From Cycas panzhihuaensis (taxonomy: Eukaryota; Plantae; Cycadophyta): 64,000 bases of DNA. Location: NCBI GenBank assembly GCA_023213395.1, contig CM041465.1:152155741-152219740 (forward strand), given 5' to 3'. Position 1 is the stretch's first letter, and every line of letters starts with the position of its first letter. This document shows, one piece after another, positions 21,277-35,500 of this stretch. Position numbers and translations under genes: made by a program. The notes under the pieces are model-generated. The model was given only the letters and a program-made list of their open reading frames with translations. It was not told where the DNA came from and searched no databases.

Positions 21277-24200
21277 ATTTGGAAGTTGCTCTCAATTGAT
21301 AATCGCTAAAATAAAAAATATTATACTTAAAAATGGATTTATTGATAATGTTTAGTATATCCCAAGTTTATTATCTAACCTTTCATTTATATATTAGATT
21401 TGTCAAAAGGATTTAATAGTTAAATTTTAGAAAGATAGGTTTATAGTAAAATAACCCTTTAACAAATTTAAAGTTATTGCTTTTAGACTTATAAATCATA
21501 TAATTAGTTTATATAATCTATTTAATTTAACTAACTTAAGTGAAAATTCACATTTTCTTCATATATAACTGGTTTAACCCAATTAGCAAACTTTAGCACA
21601 CACTCTTTGGCCATATTAGTTATTGTTAATTATATATCCTTAATTAGCATAATATGTTCTATGGCTTACCTATACAATCTATAATGTATAGAGTTTATAA
21701 AGCTTGTATTCTAAGAAAGCAACACATGGAACTTTTTCTTGATAAATTTACCTTTAGGAGGAAACAACCCCTACAACTAATTCACTTTGATATATGTAGA
21801 CCATTTCAAGACCTTTTCTACATTGGAAATAGGTATTTCAATATTTTTATTAATGATATTTTAGAAAATGTTGGATCTAAATGATCAAATAACATAGTGA
21901 AATATTTGATCAATTTCTTAAATTTAAAGCATTAGTAGAAAATTGATCTAACTATATAATATAAATATTTAGAATGGACAATTCTAAGGAGTGATTAAAT
22001 AACCAATTTATTTAATATAGCTAAAACAATGACATAAATTTTTAATATTTAGTTGCTTACATACTGTAATGAAATGGTGTCGCTAAAAGAAAAATTTAAA
22101 CCTAAGTTAAAATGACTCAATATATATTATATTCCAAATAATTAAATAAAAAATTACTATACAAGCTCTCTTCAATAAGTTACCCACTAGAGTTATTGAT
22201 AATATCACTCTTGAAGAGAAATAATCTAATAGGAGACCTTCCATTAAACATTTAAAAGCTTTTATAAGTATTTCTTAAGCACATGTCCTAAAAGAAAATA
22301 AACAGAAACCAGATCTTAAAAGTTATAGTTTCATCTTCATTGGATATAATGAAGAAAGTAAGGGATACAAACTTCTTGATCCTATCACTTATAATGTTTC
22401 CATCAAATGAGATATCAAGTTTGATGAAAAAGGTTCAGTTCACATTCTATTAATGACTATGTTCATCTTCCCTTACTATTTGATAATACTCCTTAAGTCT
22501 TAATAGGACTCAACATCAACCTAAGACTGACTCCAGTGAAGAAATCTCTATTAAAGATGCAATAAATAATTTATAAAAATAAATTCAAATATTTTCCATT
22601 AATGATCTTGGTTCTTGTACTAGTATAAGTTCATAAACATACAAACAACTAATATGGGTATATAAAACCCTTACATTTGCTAGTCTTGATGTTTTTAATC
22701 CTTCAAATACCTAAAGAATTAGGTCTAAATAGCTACGGGCTAACTTCTCCCTTATGGCCAAAATTATATCTCAATTGATCCATAAAGATTTAAAGAAGTT
22801 AAAGATAATATATTATGGAAAGAAGTAATGAACAATGTGTATGATGTATTAATAAGAAATTTTACACGGGCTTAGTCCCTCTTCCTCATGGAAAGAATCC
22901 AGTTAGATGCAAATGCATTTACTATACTAAGTATAACTCTCAAGGTGCCATTGAAAAACATAAAGTTAAGTTAGTTATAAAAGGGGTTTTATAAGTTGAT
23001 AAGACTGATTACAATGAAACCCTTACACCTATCACCAAAATTAACACCATTAAATCATTATCTCTTTAGTAGCCAAGTTTGGTTGGGAAGTATATCACAT
23101 GGATGTAAAAAATACCTTTCTAAATGATGACTTAATTTTAAAAATCTATATGGTTTAACCACCTTGTGTTGCTCTAGACCCTAACTTAGTATATAGACTT
23201 AAAATATCCTTGGATGGTCTCAAATAAGCCTCTTATGTTTAATATAAGGAGATTAACAATTATCTTCCCCATAATGGCTTTAGTAAATGTATTAGTAATT
23301 ATATTCTATATTTCAAAAAATAAGGAAATAATATAATTTTTCTAATTTTACATGTTGATGATATTGTAATTACTAGTTTTTTACTTGCCATAATTTCAAC
23401 TTTAAAAAACTAACTGAGTATCAAATTTTGAAATGATTAACTTAGGACTACTCTATTATTTCCTTGGACTTTTAGTTTACTAAATAGAATTAAGAATCTC
23501 TATCTCACAACCCAAATATATTTTAGATCTACTTAAAAGATTTAAACTAGAAACTTATAAACTAGCATGAACACCTCTTCAATCTGAAGTTAAACTTACT
23601 CTTAATTATATTTCTCCTTTGGTTGATATTACTTTATGTTGGCAGTTAATCAGGAGTTTAACCTACTTAACTCATATAGGACCTAATATATCTTATATAG
23701 TTGCTTTATATTCATGTTTTTTGCAAAAATCACATAACTCACATTAGAAAGTAGCCAAGAGAATCTTATGCTACTTATAAGATACTATTTACTATGGCTT
23801 CAATTATAATTACACTAACCTTAATCTTTAACTAGCTAGTTTTATAGACTTTGATTAGACTAGAGATAATAATTAATGAAAACCCACTGCTATTTATGTT
23901 TTCTTTCTAAATTCTATACTAATCACTTGGATAATTAAGAAAATGTAGTTGCTAGCTCTTTCTACAATTGAGGCTAAATATCATGCCTCAATTGAAGTTA
24001 GTAAAGAAGCCTTATGGATAAAATATATCCTTAATAAAATTAGATTTCTTCTTCATAATTATGTATTAATTAGTGTTGATAGTTAGGTTGTTATTTCTAT
24101 TTCTACTAATCCTATTTATCATTGTAGGACTAAACACATTAAACTTCATTAATATTTGGTTTATAAATTAGTCAATTGTAGTAATCTTCAGCTCATGTAT

Positions 24201-26751
24201 TATTTGACAAATATACAAGTTACAAATATCATGCCCAAATATCTCATTGAAGTTAAATTTATGAAGTTACAACTCCTAAAAGTTAAAGAAGCCTCCATCA
24301 AAGGGGGATCTATGTAATAACATCTTCTTCAGCTCTTGCATTCCCTAAGTCAATATTAATGAGGAATGTTATAATATTAAAATTTTAATATATTATGTAA
24401 TATTATCTATTAAATTCAATTAAATAATCTTTAATATAAAGTTAATTATTAAATTTTATTTTAATATATTATTGTAAGATAATTAGTGAATCTATTTGTT
24501 TTCTATTATTTAAGTAATGGATATATATTATTTATCTATTTCCTTATACAAGGTGGAGGACATTATGTACTTTGATGTATTTCTATTATTATTAATATTA
24601 CCTAACTTTAAAGTTTTCTTTTTTTTTGACCCTGTTGGGGTTTTCTACCTTAAATATACTTTATTTCTTTGTGTGATTACTATGACCCTATTTTATTTAT
24701 TTATTTATCTACTTCTCATGCATATGTAATGATTCTAATTGTTCTAATAGTTTAAATAATAAAAATTCCAATCATAAGCATTCCAAAATTTTCTCCACTA
24801 GCACTCTTATTATAGGCATACTTGCAACAATTCTACTTGAAGTGGCTAGAGTTTCCATCTTTCTCTTTAATTTCTTAAGTATAATACATATGTTTAAGAT
24901 GACACTAAGCTATCTAAGTTACTTGAAACATCCACCTATTACTACTCTAAATGGTTTTCTAATGCTTAACATAAAGCATTCAAATTTTAGTAATTTTACT
25001 ATAGAAAAGCATAATGTCTTTTTCATACATTGATGAATTCTATTTTAACTAACTTAAACCATATTTTATAACATCCACTTATTACATATTATATATTTTT
25101 TTATTTATTGTATTATATACCTCAGTGTACATTTAATCCTCTTAAGTTTCATTGATGATATTATCTTGATTATCCTTTTATTATAAAATGAGAGCCTAAT
25201 GAAATACCTAATTATATGTGAGGGGTGCACCTTAGTACATTTTATATTTTGTAGTGTCACATTATGTGACACCGTAATGAGAGGCATATGTGATCCCAAA
25301 GTGGACTGTGACTAGGGAATAAATTAATTACCAATCTTTTTCCTTGAGATCCTAGGGTGTTAGTGTAAAATTTTCAATAACATCAATAAAAGAGTGAGCC
25401 CATAAAAGGATACTCTACACCAACTCATGCATACTTTCCATTAATCTAACGTAAGAAGAATAATGCTTTTATTAAACTAGAAAACCTCTATTTAATGGTA
25501 GAGAAAAATAATTAACAAAGAATAGGCAAGTTATGATGAAGAAATGATACAATAATTCTATAAGGGGCCTATAACTTCCTAAGACTCCTTCAATGAAGCT
25601 CCTAATCTCCAAAATAAATGCTTGAAATACTAAAATTTGCCTCCCCGATGGTCTCCAACACTTTTTAAGTGTTGCCTCAATGTTGCTCCTAAGTCAAGTG
25701 TATCTTACACATAAGAACCAAGTCTCTAACATCATAAATAAGCTCAAGAGGGCTTAATTTATAGAAAGAAAATCAAAATACATATTTACCATGTGGCATT
25801 CATACAAGTACAACCACCAACAATCAAAATGCATGTTATCTAAGTGGCATTCATGTAATTCTAAAAATTTGTAGCTTGGTACCTAGGGCTAACAAACTCT
25901 AATTAAGCTCACATTTAGCACACATATATGTACATATATCCCCATTACTTCATCAAAATTTTAGCTCATGTGGATATCATTTGGCTTTATTTTCATTGAT
26001 TTAAAAATAGTATGTATTTATTATTTTTCTATTAACTATGAGAGATATTTTCTACAAAACAAGGATTTTTATCTAATTAAATGATATTTTTTGAACTCCA
26101 CCTTTTCCACACATGTAGTAAGATGTTTCTTCTTCCTTTCCATCAAAATTCATATTAGTTTGACACTATTTGGCCCTATTTCTTTTAGTTATGCCAATGC
26201 CTAGCATTTTCTGCTTCCTATAAATATATGGTAGATCCTCCTAGATCAATATGTCTTTGCCTATGTATATGCAAATGTTTTAAGGGTTAGATATTAAATT
26301 TCTTTATAATTAATATAATAGACTAAGTCTATTAATAATAAGAAAGTGTGGTTGAATTGCTCAAAATAAAATAATAAGGGCTACATAATAAGAGTGAAGG
26401 AAGAATTTCTAAAGGGTGGATCTAAAGTGTTGACCCTTAGTGTCTAATCCCTTCTTTATGAGCCCATAAGGTCATTAGAGGGGATTAGTAGTGTAATACA
26501 TGAGCTTATGCATACACATAATACTAATCTTTTCTCAAGTATTATCAAGAAGGTGGATTAGTCCTAATTATCTTCTTATAACCTTAATGCAAAGAAGTTA
26601 TAGATAAAACAAAGTGGCTAATATAAAAGGTAGTTGACTTATAATATAAAAGAAAAAGAGCAGAAAGTGATTTATGCTTTACACATGTTTTATAATGGCA
26701 TTTTGAATTTAGAGGGCTATCTTCCTAGTGTGATACTGGTGTCTTTGACTA

Positions 26752-29700
26752 TGTTAGGTGTAATACCCAATTACATAATTACCCTTATGTACACTCTCTC
26801 TACATTATATATATATATTATATTTGAGCTTGTAAGCCACATGGAAATATGTGCCACCTCTAGATTGACCAATGAGGTTCTCTCATTTATGGTAACTTGT
26901 ATTATAAGTATGTACATTATCATTCATTCTAATTTAAGTTTTGGTCATTTCTCCATATCTTGTGTTCATTTGTACATACTTCATCTTATTTGAGCTTCAT
27001 TGTTATGTCTTTAACTCACCATCACATCCTTTATATGTATTGTATATTCAAATTCTAATATGGTATTAGAGCACAAGGTTAAATCCTTAAAGGCATTATT
27101 GTATAGCCTTGTACATGTTATCATTTTTTTATCATTTAGAGGCTTTGTTAATTTTTTTATTATGCCTACCTTGTGACTTGATCATTATTCACTTGAAGGG
27201 TCATTTTAAGTTATTTGAAGCCAGCTTATGTACATTTTTTATGGGACTACTATCAATAGTTTTAGGGGCTATTTTGATGTTATTATAAGGTTGTTTTGAA
27301 GCCCATTTTAGAGTATTTTTTGAAGCTCTATGAAGTTTGTCTTAAACTGCTCACAATAAATAATTTGTATGCATGTGGCACCAAAATAATATTGCATGTA
27401 GGTTCTTCATGGTGAAGTCCACAGAAATATTTCTTCCTTGTGCAGATTCCAATTACTATATAACTATCTCCTTTATATATTAGTGGATATATTACAATAA
27501 GAATAATTAACAGTAGTTAAGAGAGCCCTTTCTTGCTATCTAGAGGCTAGAAGTGACTTCACATTCAAAAAGGATTTGTAGATTTATAGGTGAATAATAA
27601 AGGTCAAAATATATATCTGCTCAAGTATATAACCTTTTTGTGTTATTATTATATTAAAACAAATTAAAAAAATATATTTATAGCCTTCAATAGTTAGCCT
27701 ATATTTTTATGTTAAAAAAAAAAGGGAGCAGGTCATTTATCAGTTGTGGGTTGAGTATGTCTTCCATCCACCTTGTTGGTGAATGCATCACTTCTGTTAA
27801 TTCATCTTAGCCTTTATCCCATAAGAGTCCAATGGATTTTAAATATGGAACAATGCTAGAAGTACTGAACGAGTAAGGAGAATACTAGAAGGTTAGTTCC
27901 AAGCCATCATTGGAAAAAAAATGGGGTTTGAAAACCCTCAGAATCTCTTAATCTCTATCTTCTTACTAGCATGTCATAAATTTCCTAAATAGAAGACTAT
28001 TCTTGGGTCTAATTTAGGACTAGTTAATCACGTACGAAGGTTATTTACAATGGAGATTGGGTCAAAGACCTTTAAAAAGATCAAAAGGGTAGTTCACTTG
28101 CATATTTCTTTTTGTACATCCCTAATATTCGACAAGAAGTAGAAGAAGAAGAATAAGAGGGCTAATGTGGTGGAGCCAACGATCCTGAGGAGAATCCAGG
28201 AGAACATGTTGAGAGAAGCACTAGAAGATGCATCTAAGGATGAATCTCTTCACAAATTACAGATCCTTATAGTAGAGGATGCCTTAGGTCTACATCATTC
28301 CAAGTATGTAGCATGTCTTAATGCATAAAGAGACTTCTTAAAAGCCATCACATAAGGTGCAGCATAATCTTCAATGAGGAGGATACCATTCTGAAGCTAG
28401 AAGATGCCTATGCTAAATTTAAATCCATATATCCCAGGTTTGAGAGCATAAAGAGCGTAGATGAGTAGAACAAATCTATGGTAGCTACAAAATATTTGAT
28501 GGAGAAATGAATAATGACGACCCTACATCATGATAGCAAAACACTAAAAATTAGGATTAATTTCATTTTTTTATCATTATTTTTTTTTTAGGCACATATT
28601 ATTATTAACTTTGGCAAACATAAATTTTTACAAAATAGGATTAATAATTTTTTTGGTTGAAAAAATAAAATTTAATTAGATTTGATACTATTTCAAGCTT
28701 GCCCAACCCCCTTGGTCATCAACTCTTAGTTGTATGGAGCACTTATGTGACCTCAACTAGTAGTGAAAGGGGCTCAGCCCTTATGGAGTCTTTGTCACAT
28801 TTTTTGCGATAACTTGAGTTAAGAGTATTTATTTTTAGTTTCGTTAGTTGCGTTGGATTTGTAATAGAGAGATATTTTATTTGGCATATTACTTGATATT
28901 GTTTGGAGTTGTTTTGATGTATAAATTTTATCTTAAAATTAAAAGTTTATTTTAAGCTTTTATTTTTCTTCATTTTTTAAGCTTCTTTAGGCACATACAC
29001 ATATTTTTAAAGGGTTTATGATATTTGTTGATATGATATACCCTAAATGGGGGGAATAATATGTACTAAGATCTCATTTTTTTTTACTCTAAAGAACCCA
29101 TTTTACATTGAGCTTCATTATATGAGAGAGAGTCATTCATGTTATACTTGTGTTACATCTATCTTTTAAGTCATGTATTAACATTATTACTAGTTTTTTA
29201 GTAAATAAAGGCATGATGTAAGCCCATGGTGGTATGATGTAAGCCTAAAGAGGTATGTTTTTAGCCCATGAGGCAATTTGAGTCCATAGAGTCATTTAAA
29301 GACTACTTGCATTTCTCATATAAGCAAGAGGTGGGACCCCTTTATACCTACTCTTATTAGAACTGATAAAACCATGTACGTAAAGGAACATCTTACTTAA
29401 CTGGTAGTTGTAATGATTGATAACCCATATATTCTGGTGGATGGTATTCTTTTCATATGGATATTAATAACTAACTATATTATTGCAACAGATTATGATT
29501 CAACTTATTTGAAGACTTAATACTTTCCATTTAAAGATTGCTTGTATTTTTCATATAAGCAAGAGGTGGGACACTTTTACAACTACTCTTGTTAGCACTA
29601 ATTAAACCATATATGTAAAGGAAGTTTCTACTCAACTGGTGGTTGCAGTGGCTAGTTATCCATGTATTCTAGTAGATAAACTTCACTTCATATGGACATT

Positions 29701-30120
29701 GTTAGCTAATTATATTATTACAATAGCATATAATCTAGCATTCATTTGAAGACTTGACACTTATTATTTGTTGTAATATTTTATTATGTAATTGACTATT
29801 ATAGGGAATAAATGTTAGGTGTAATACCTAATTACATAATTACCCTTATGTATTCTCTCTCTATATTATGTGTATTTTATATTTGAGGTTGTGAGCCACA
29901 CAGAGATATGTGCTACCTCTAAATTGACCAACGAGGTTCTATCATTAATGGTGAGCTTGTACTATAAGTATGTATATTATCATTCATTGTAATTTGAGTT
30001 TTAGCAATTACTCCATATCTTATGTTTATTTGTACATACTTCATTATGTTTGAGCTTCATTATTATATCTTTAACTCACCATCATATCCTTTGTATGTAT
30101 TGCATATTTAAATTTTAATA
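26752..30120 (+). mobile_element. Non-autonomous LTR element (TRIM/LARD-like), full length
   Basis: LTRs 26752-27060 and 29813-30120; Met PBS at 27061; perfect TSD GACTA; no gag/pol recognised. Confidence 0.9.
29210..29760 (+). repeat. Internal tandem repeats: ~21-bp units followed by two ~235-bp units
   Basis: GGCATGATGTAAGCCCATGGT-like x3-4; CATATAAGCAAGAGGTGGGAC recurs at ~29317 and ~29552. Confidence 0.8.
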
Positions 30121-32532
30121 GACTAAGATTATCTTTGTATGTCTATGTGTCTATGAATAACTTGCTTATTAAGCTTATAAATTTTCTACATATAAGAACT
30201 CTATAATAGATAAGGTAGAGGGATTTCCTTTGCAATATTTCCATAGTATTTTTTTACGTTATAATTATATGAGTTGAATATAGTAAGATACATAAGGAAT
30301 TTAATATAAGTATCTTATAAACATAATAAGATTTAATGCACAATGTATTTTTCTTGGTTAGATTATAATATATGACCATAGTATGATTCCATGATTTTTT
30401 TAAATTATATATAGATGAGTAAATATGGTTTTGTAGAGATGATGGCTAAATCATAAGATCATCAAGTTATTGAGTCATTCATATGATGCTTGAAAAGTTA
30501 TTTACTTGTATGTTGATAACCTTGTGGTGAGAGTCTAAAGCCTAATAATTAGTACTCCTACATTCATATAACATGACTCAACACATGGACAAATTCTCAA
30601 GGAAGATTCTAATTGACTAGGTGCAAATCCCTTCTTAATAATCTAATTTTTCTTATGAGAGATAGGATCTTCTATTTTAATTCTATATTGATTCTTATAT
30701 AACACTATGAAGTAATTATTTATCACATGCATTAATGATGATGCTATATTAGATATCTGTGATTGTGTTATAAAAGGTTATCAATTATATACTAACTATA
30801 TATAAAATACATACATATTTGTATTTCTTCTATATTGTTAGCACAACATATTGTTAATCAAACCTAAGGTTTTTTTGTCTGTTAGACTTAAACATCAACT
30901 AGTTAAGGATGTTATTACAAAGTAGAATGAGAGTGAAATATTTCCCCCAATTTATGGACCTCTAAAGAGGGGTTGTTTTAAAGTAATATTACAACCAATT
31001 TTTAATTTGATTAATTATACAACTAAGTATAGGTTAAGAGCTTAGCATAATTGAAATAACACATCTATCATTTTAGAATTCTATTGTTTAAGAGAAGGGA
31101 GTTAAGTTGAAGGATTCTAAGTCCAAAATATTAGGTAGCAATATCCAATTATATAAATTATAATATCAAATGCCCTTCACTCTCTCTTCATATTATTATG
31201 AATCTTATATTATAAACACATAGTTATATGTACTATTTAGAATATGTGTAAGTACACAAAGGTTGTTTTTTAAGGTTCACCATTTGGTATGAGACTCATT
31301 ATAAATATACACATGATTTTTTGAATAAGATAAAGTTTGGCAATTCTTCTATATCTTTGTTCAATATCCTTTGTGCATATTTTATTCATTTGTAAATTAT
31401 TTATTATATCATTCACTGACCTCTCATCCATGGTTCATGTCCTTGTTAAGTCCATTCCATTATTAATTACTTACGTGCATGTCTCATTCTAACATTATAC
31501 TATTATGCCATCCATCTAAAACTCAAATATGGTATCAGAATAATACTAAATTTTAACATGGTATGATAATTAATGGCCTAATCCTAGAGATAGTTTAGAG
31601 CCTAAATGTCCTTATAAAACCATATTTTGCACCTACTTTTGTAACTAGTATTGAGGGAGTTCTTTGAAATATTAAAAATATTTTGGAGCTAACTCTTTTG
31701 AGTTTTTTTGAAAGTTTTTTGTTAAATTTAAAGCTAAATTTATAACAAAAAAAGTAGGTTTTATGACCTATTTTTCTTATATAAGAAGGCCCAAATTTAT
31801 GTAGCATACAAATTATTTATTAAACGTTATAAATATGTTTTTTTAAAGTTTCTTTAGAAGAGAAGGGAAGAGGCTAAAAAGATGCAAATATGATCCTAAT
31901 TATCCTATAAATATAATATATTATCTCACAAAAAAATAAAATATATGGTTATTTTATGACTCATTTTAGAGGTTGTTACGAGAATCCTATGACTTGGATT
32001 TGCTATTAAAATGATGCCCTAAAAAAGGAGGCCATTCAAAAATTGTGTGATTATTTTCTTGGATGTAGTTATATAAGGTGTTATGTTGTATGTTTTTTCT
32101 AAGGTTGTTATATGTTACGATGGGCTATAGAGTGAAATATACAAGGTTTTAAAATATAAAGAGGCCCTACCTCAACCTTAGGTATAAATGACTTTCTCCC
32201 CATATTCAAACTTGGCATAACCATCATATACCTCTTACTATTATTTAGCAATAGAAATCTCACAAATAAACTAGATGGTAGGGATTGGTATAAATGCTAA
32301 TCTTAAGGTAACTCATGACCAACTAATGATTTAGGTGCTACAGTAATATGTAATCATTGAGTATGACCTAGTTGTATGATGAGAGAAACTTTAGTACCTA
32401 CCATTGATACCTCTTCTCTTTATCTTTGATAATGCATAACGCTTATTACCCATGCCATGATGTAATATAACAACAAAAATCCCACTATATACAAATAAAA
32501 AAAAGAGTAAAATGTTGAATAATCCTTATTAT

Positions 32533-35500
32533 TATTATAATATAATATTTAATGTTGTGTATGGTTAAGTAAAGTGTGTCCTAGGATTAATAGTCATAGG
32601 CTTAAATCCTAGAGTCAAAGATTCATTATAATATTATGTGAGAAGATAGAAGCTTATTAATCGAGTTAGTTGATGTAATGACATTAGTCAAGACAAAGGT
32701 ATTAGTCCCACATGCATTACTTGTCTTATATGTCCTCCTACCTCTTTTGTATATAAAGGTGGTTGAGGTAGTATATGTCATCAAGTCATCATAGAGACTC
32801 ATGTTGAGTCTATGATGCATTAGTGTTATGCTGATGTTAATTGAATGCAGGTTATGCTTTGGTTATCGATCTTGTGGTTGTATTTGGAGTTGGATGTTTC
32901 CCATGTTAAAATCTAACATGGTATCAAAGCAGGTATGTAAGTACACTATATTACTAGTAAGGGTTTGCCATCATTGAAGTATTGCAGGTTTACTAGCTTA
33001 CTTGGTGTGCCAATATTGAGGCGAAACCCTACCAAGGTTTTTTTCTGTTTATTGTCCTATAACCTATGAGAAGAGATTGCTAGGTGATTCTACACACGTC
33101 TATGCATGGGTTAGTTTGTGTTGGTTGCTATATACTTGCCAGTGATATTGCATGAGGGTTCAATCATTGTGGTTGTAATCATGTTGCTTGTTGTGTCGTG
33201 GAAACCCTATCTCCCATTACAACCTATGGAAATTTTATTGTGTGGTACTTTCCTGCATTATTAGTTGATATTTCGTAGAGAAAGAGACAAGTAGACACCA
33301 ACATTGCACCATCATATCACCATCATATTAATGTACTTGCTAAGGACCACACCATGCTAAGAAAATATATCAGGTCTTCGTTAATATGTGCAAAGAGAGA
33401 AAGGCAACAAACAGAGGAGACAGATATAACAATTTGCGAAGGGTCAAGATAGTCCATCCCATGAGGGGAGTCATAAGGCAAAGAGTAGATCTAATTTGTT
33501 GAATCACCCATAATGTAGTCACGGATGTAAACACTAGCAAGTAGTGATGAACGAATATGTTTTGTGAGAGTTTTGGCCAATAGATTATGGATCGATTAAT
33601 TTTGTAGCTCTGGAAATTGAGATATCCATGTAATGTTACTACTACCAAGAGAAGAGACATTATGAAAATATGGAAATTGACAAAAGCATGAAGACAGAGT
33701 AGAGAAAATTATCACCTAATACTCATTTATTGTGATCACGATCACGTAGAATACATAGGTTGGGGATACACATAGGAGATAGGAGATAGAATTGATTATT
33801 AAGATCTTGTTTCAAAAGTCAAGCTGTCAAATTATGGTAGATAGATTTCATCAAATTGCCTCTCAATTGGGCTTTCTTGGATGCTTTCTAGCCAACGTAG
33901 ATAGATAGTAATGTGATAATCTCACGTGTGTTAGGCCTCATAATTACTCAATTGCCAAGATGCGATTTTCCCAACTTTTGGTAGCGATGACTAAGCTTGA
34001 ACGTCTTTATGTAATCTCACCCATGATATTTATTTTGTTGTGAAATTTGTGGCTATGCCTAGTAGCGATTCAAGCCAGATAAGGGAAATCTATTGTATTT
34101 CCTTTGCAACTTCTTAGATTTGATATGGATCCCACCAGTTCAATGCAATTCTTAAACCATGCAGATTGAAGGAGCACTAGGGGTTTGTTGACTTAGGAGA
34201 GTGTTGGATATCCAACATTCCGAGGGTAGGTGATAAATGGGGAACAACTTTGGGCTTTAATAGAGGGCCTTGAAGTAAATGATCTTTTGTTCTATACACA
34301 TTTTATATTAGTTCTATGTCCTACTATCTTGCAAAATTCTTAAGAAGTTACGTTCTATAAATCCAGAGTTGATATATGCTTGTGATCTAATTATAGGTGA
34401 TGAAGGCAAGATTTATGTGTCTCATGGGCTTGTTTCAAGGCAGAATTGAAGCAATAAAAGATGACCCATTGCAACATAAACAGAAAAGACCCAAGTTCTG
34501 TGTAGGATCTAATAGGATAGATCTTGATAGTTGTAGCTATATCAAAATGTGAAGTTTGGAGATGTTGAGATCAGTAATTCAGATGAGTGGTTACTTACTG
34601 GTCTAGTTTACCAGAGTCCTATATTGCTTACTGATAAATGTGATAGTCTTTATGGTACTAGCTCTCTTGAAGAAGATGAGCATTTATTACAAAATTATAC
34701 TTATATAAAGTAGCATAAATTATATCACGCAATGTCTTTATGTGTAAGTGAGCAATCCCTTCTAAACAGGTTGTGATTGTATGGTGAGTCTCCTAGAATA
34801 ATTGTGGTTTACAACTATTATGATCTGAGGCACCTGTCCTTATGTGCTACTCAAGCTGTCAAAATGTGTGACAAATCAATGTTCCTATGATGAAGTAGTT
34901 TGTATATGCTTATGATTAGGATGAGGAGTTAGATCTACAAGTGCTCAAGCAAGAAGCCCAATGATAGATGTCAAGATTTGTAGTCATCTCTATACTAAAT
35001 CCTTTGTCTATTTGCTTGGAATTTTTATTCTACCATGATTTTAATTCTGTGCCAAATTTCTTATTCTACCATCATTTAGGTGTCGAAAAATTAGAAACCT
35101 GATTAAAGAGGAGTCTCATTTTCTAGGTCTTTGCCTTCAAAGCAATGGTATTTTTCTGTTAATTTGATAGACTTTTTTTAGGCTGAAGTGGATATTTTGT
35201 TTATCATCCCATTCATACATCATGGAGTTGAGTAACATCATAGTTTTTGTGTCTGAAAAAAATGAATACTAATTGTCTGATCTCCCTTTTCCTTTACCCA
35301 AATATATTGGAACTAATTTTCATTTTTGGGAAATTAAGATAGAGTGCATATTCAGGGTAATGATACTTTGGAAGACAATTATGGGTACTGAAATGGATCT
35401 CGAAGAATGGGAGGAAACTTTCAAAAGGAAAAATAGAATTTCCATTGACGTAATACTTGTAGCCTTTGATAAGGACAATCTTCCTTTTTCCTATCACTTC

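Larger units (their letters stand above)
16189..24749 (+). mobile_element. Older, highly decayed Ty1/Copia (Copia B), host of Copia A and of a TR-GAG-like element
   Basis: Decayed zinc knuckle ~16600; protease remnant split by the 16861-21276 insert; INT LQLIHFDIC ~21770; RT HMDVKNTFL ~23100 and LHVDDI ~23350; RH to ~24290; 3' LTR ~24367-24749. Confidence 0.8.

Noticed and set aside
24780-26700. Possible minus-strand gypsy LTR/gag remnant
   Set aside because: Only weak PBS-like and gag-like hints; too decayed to call boundaries
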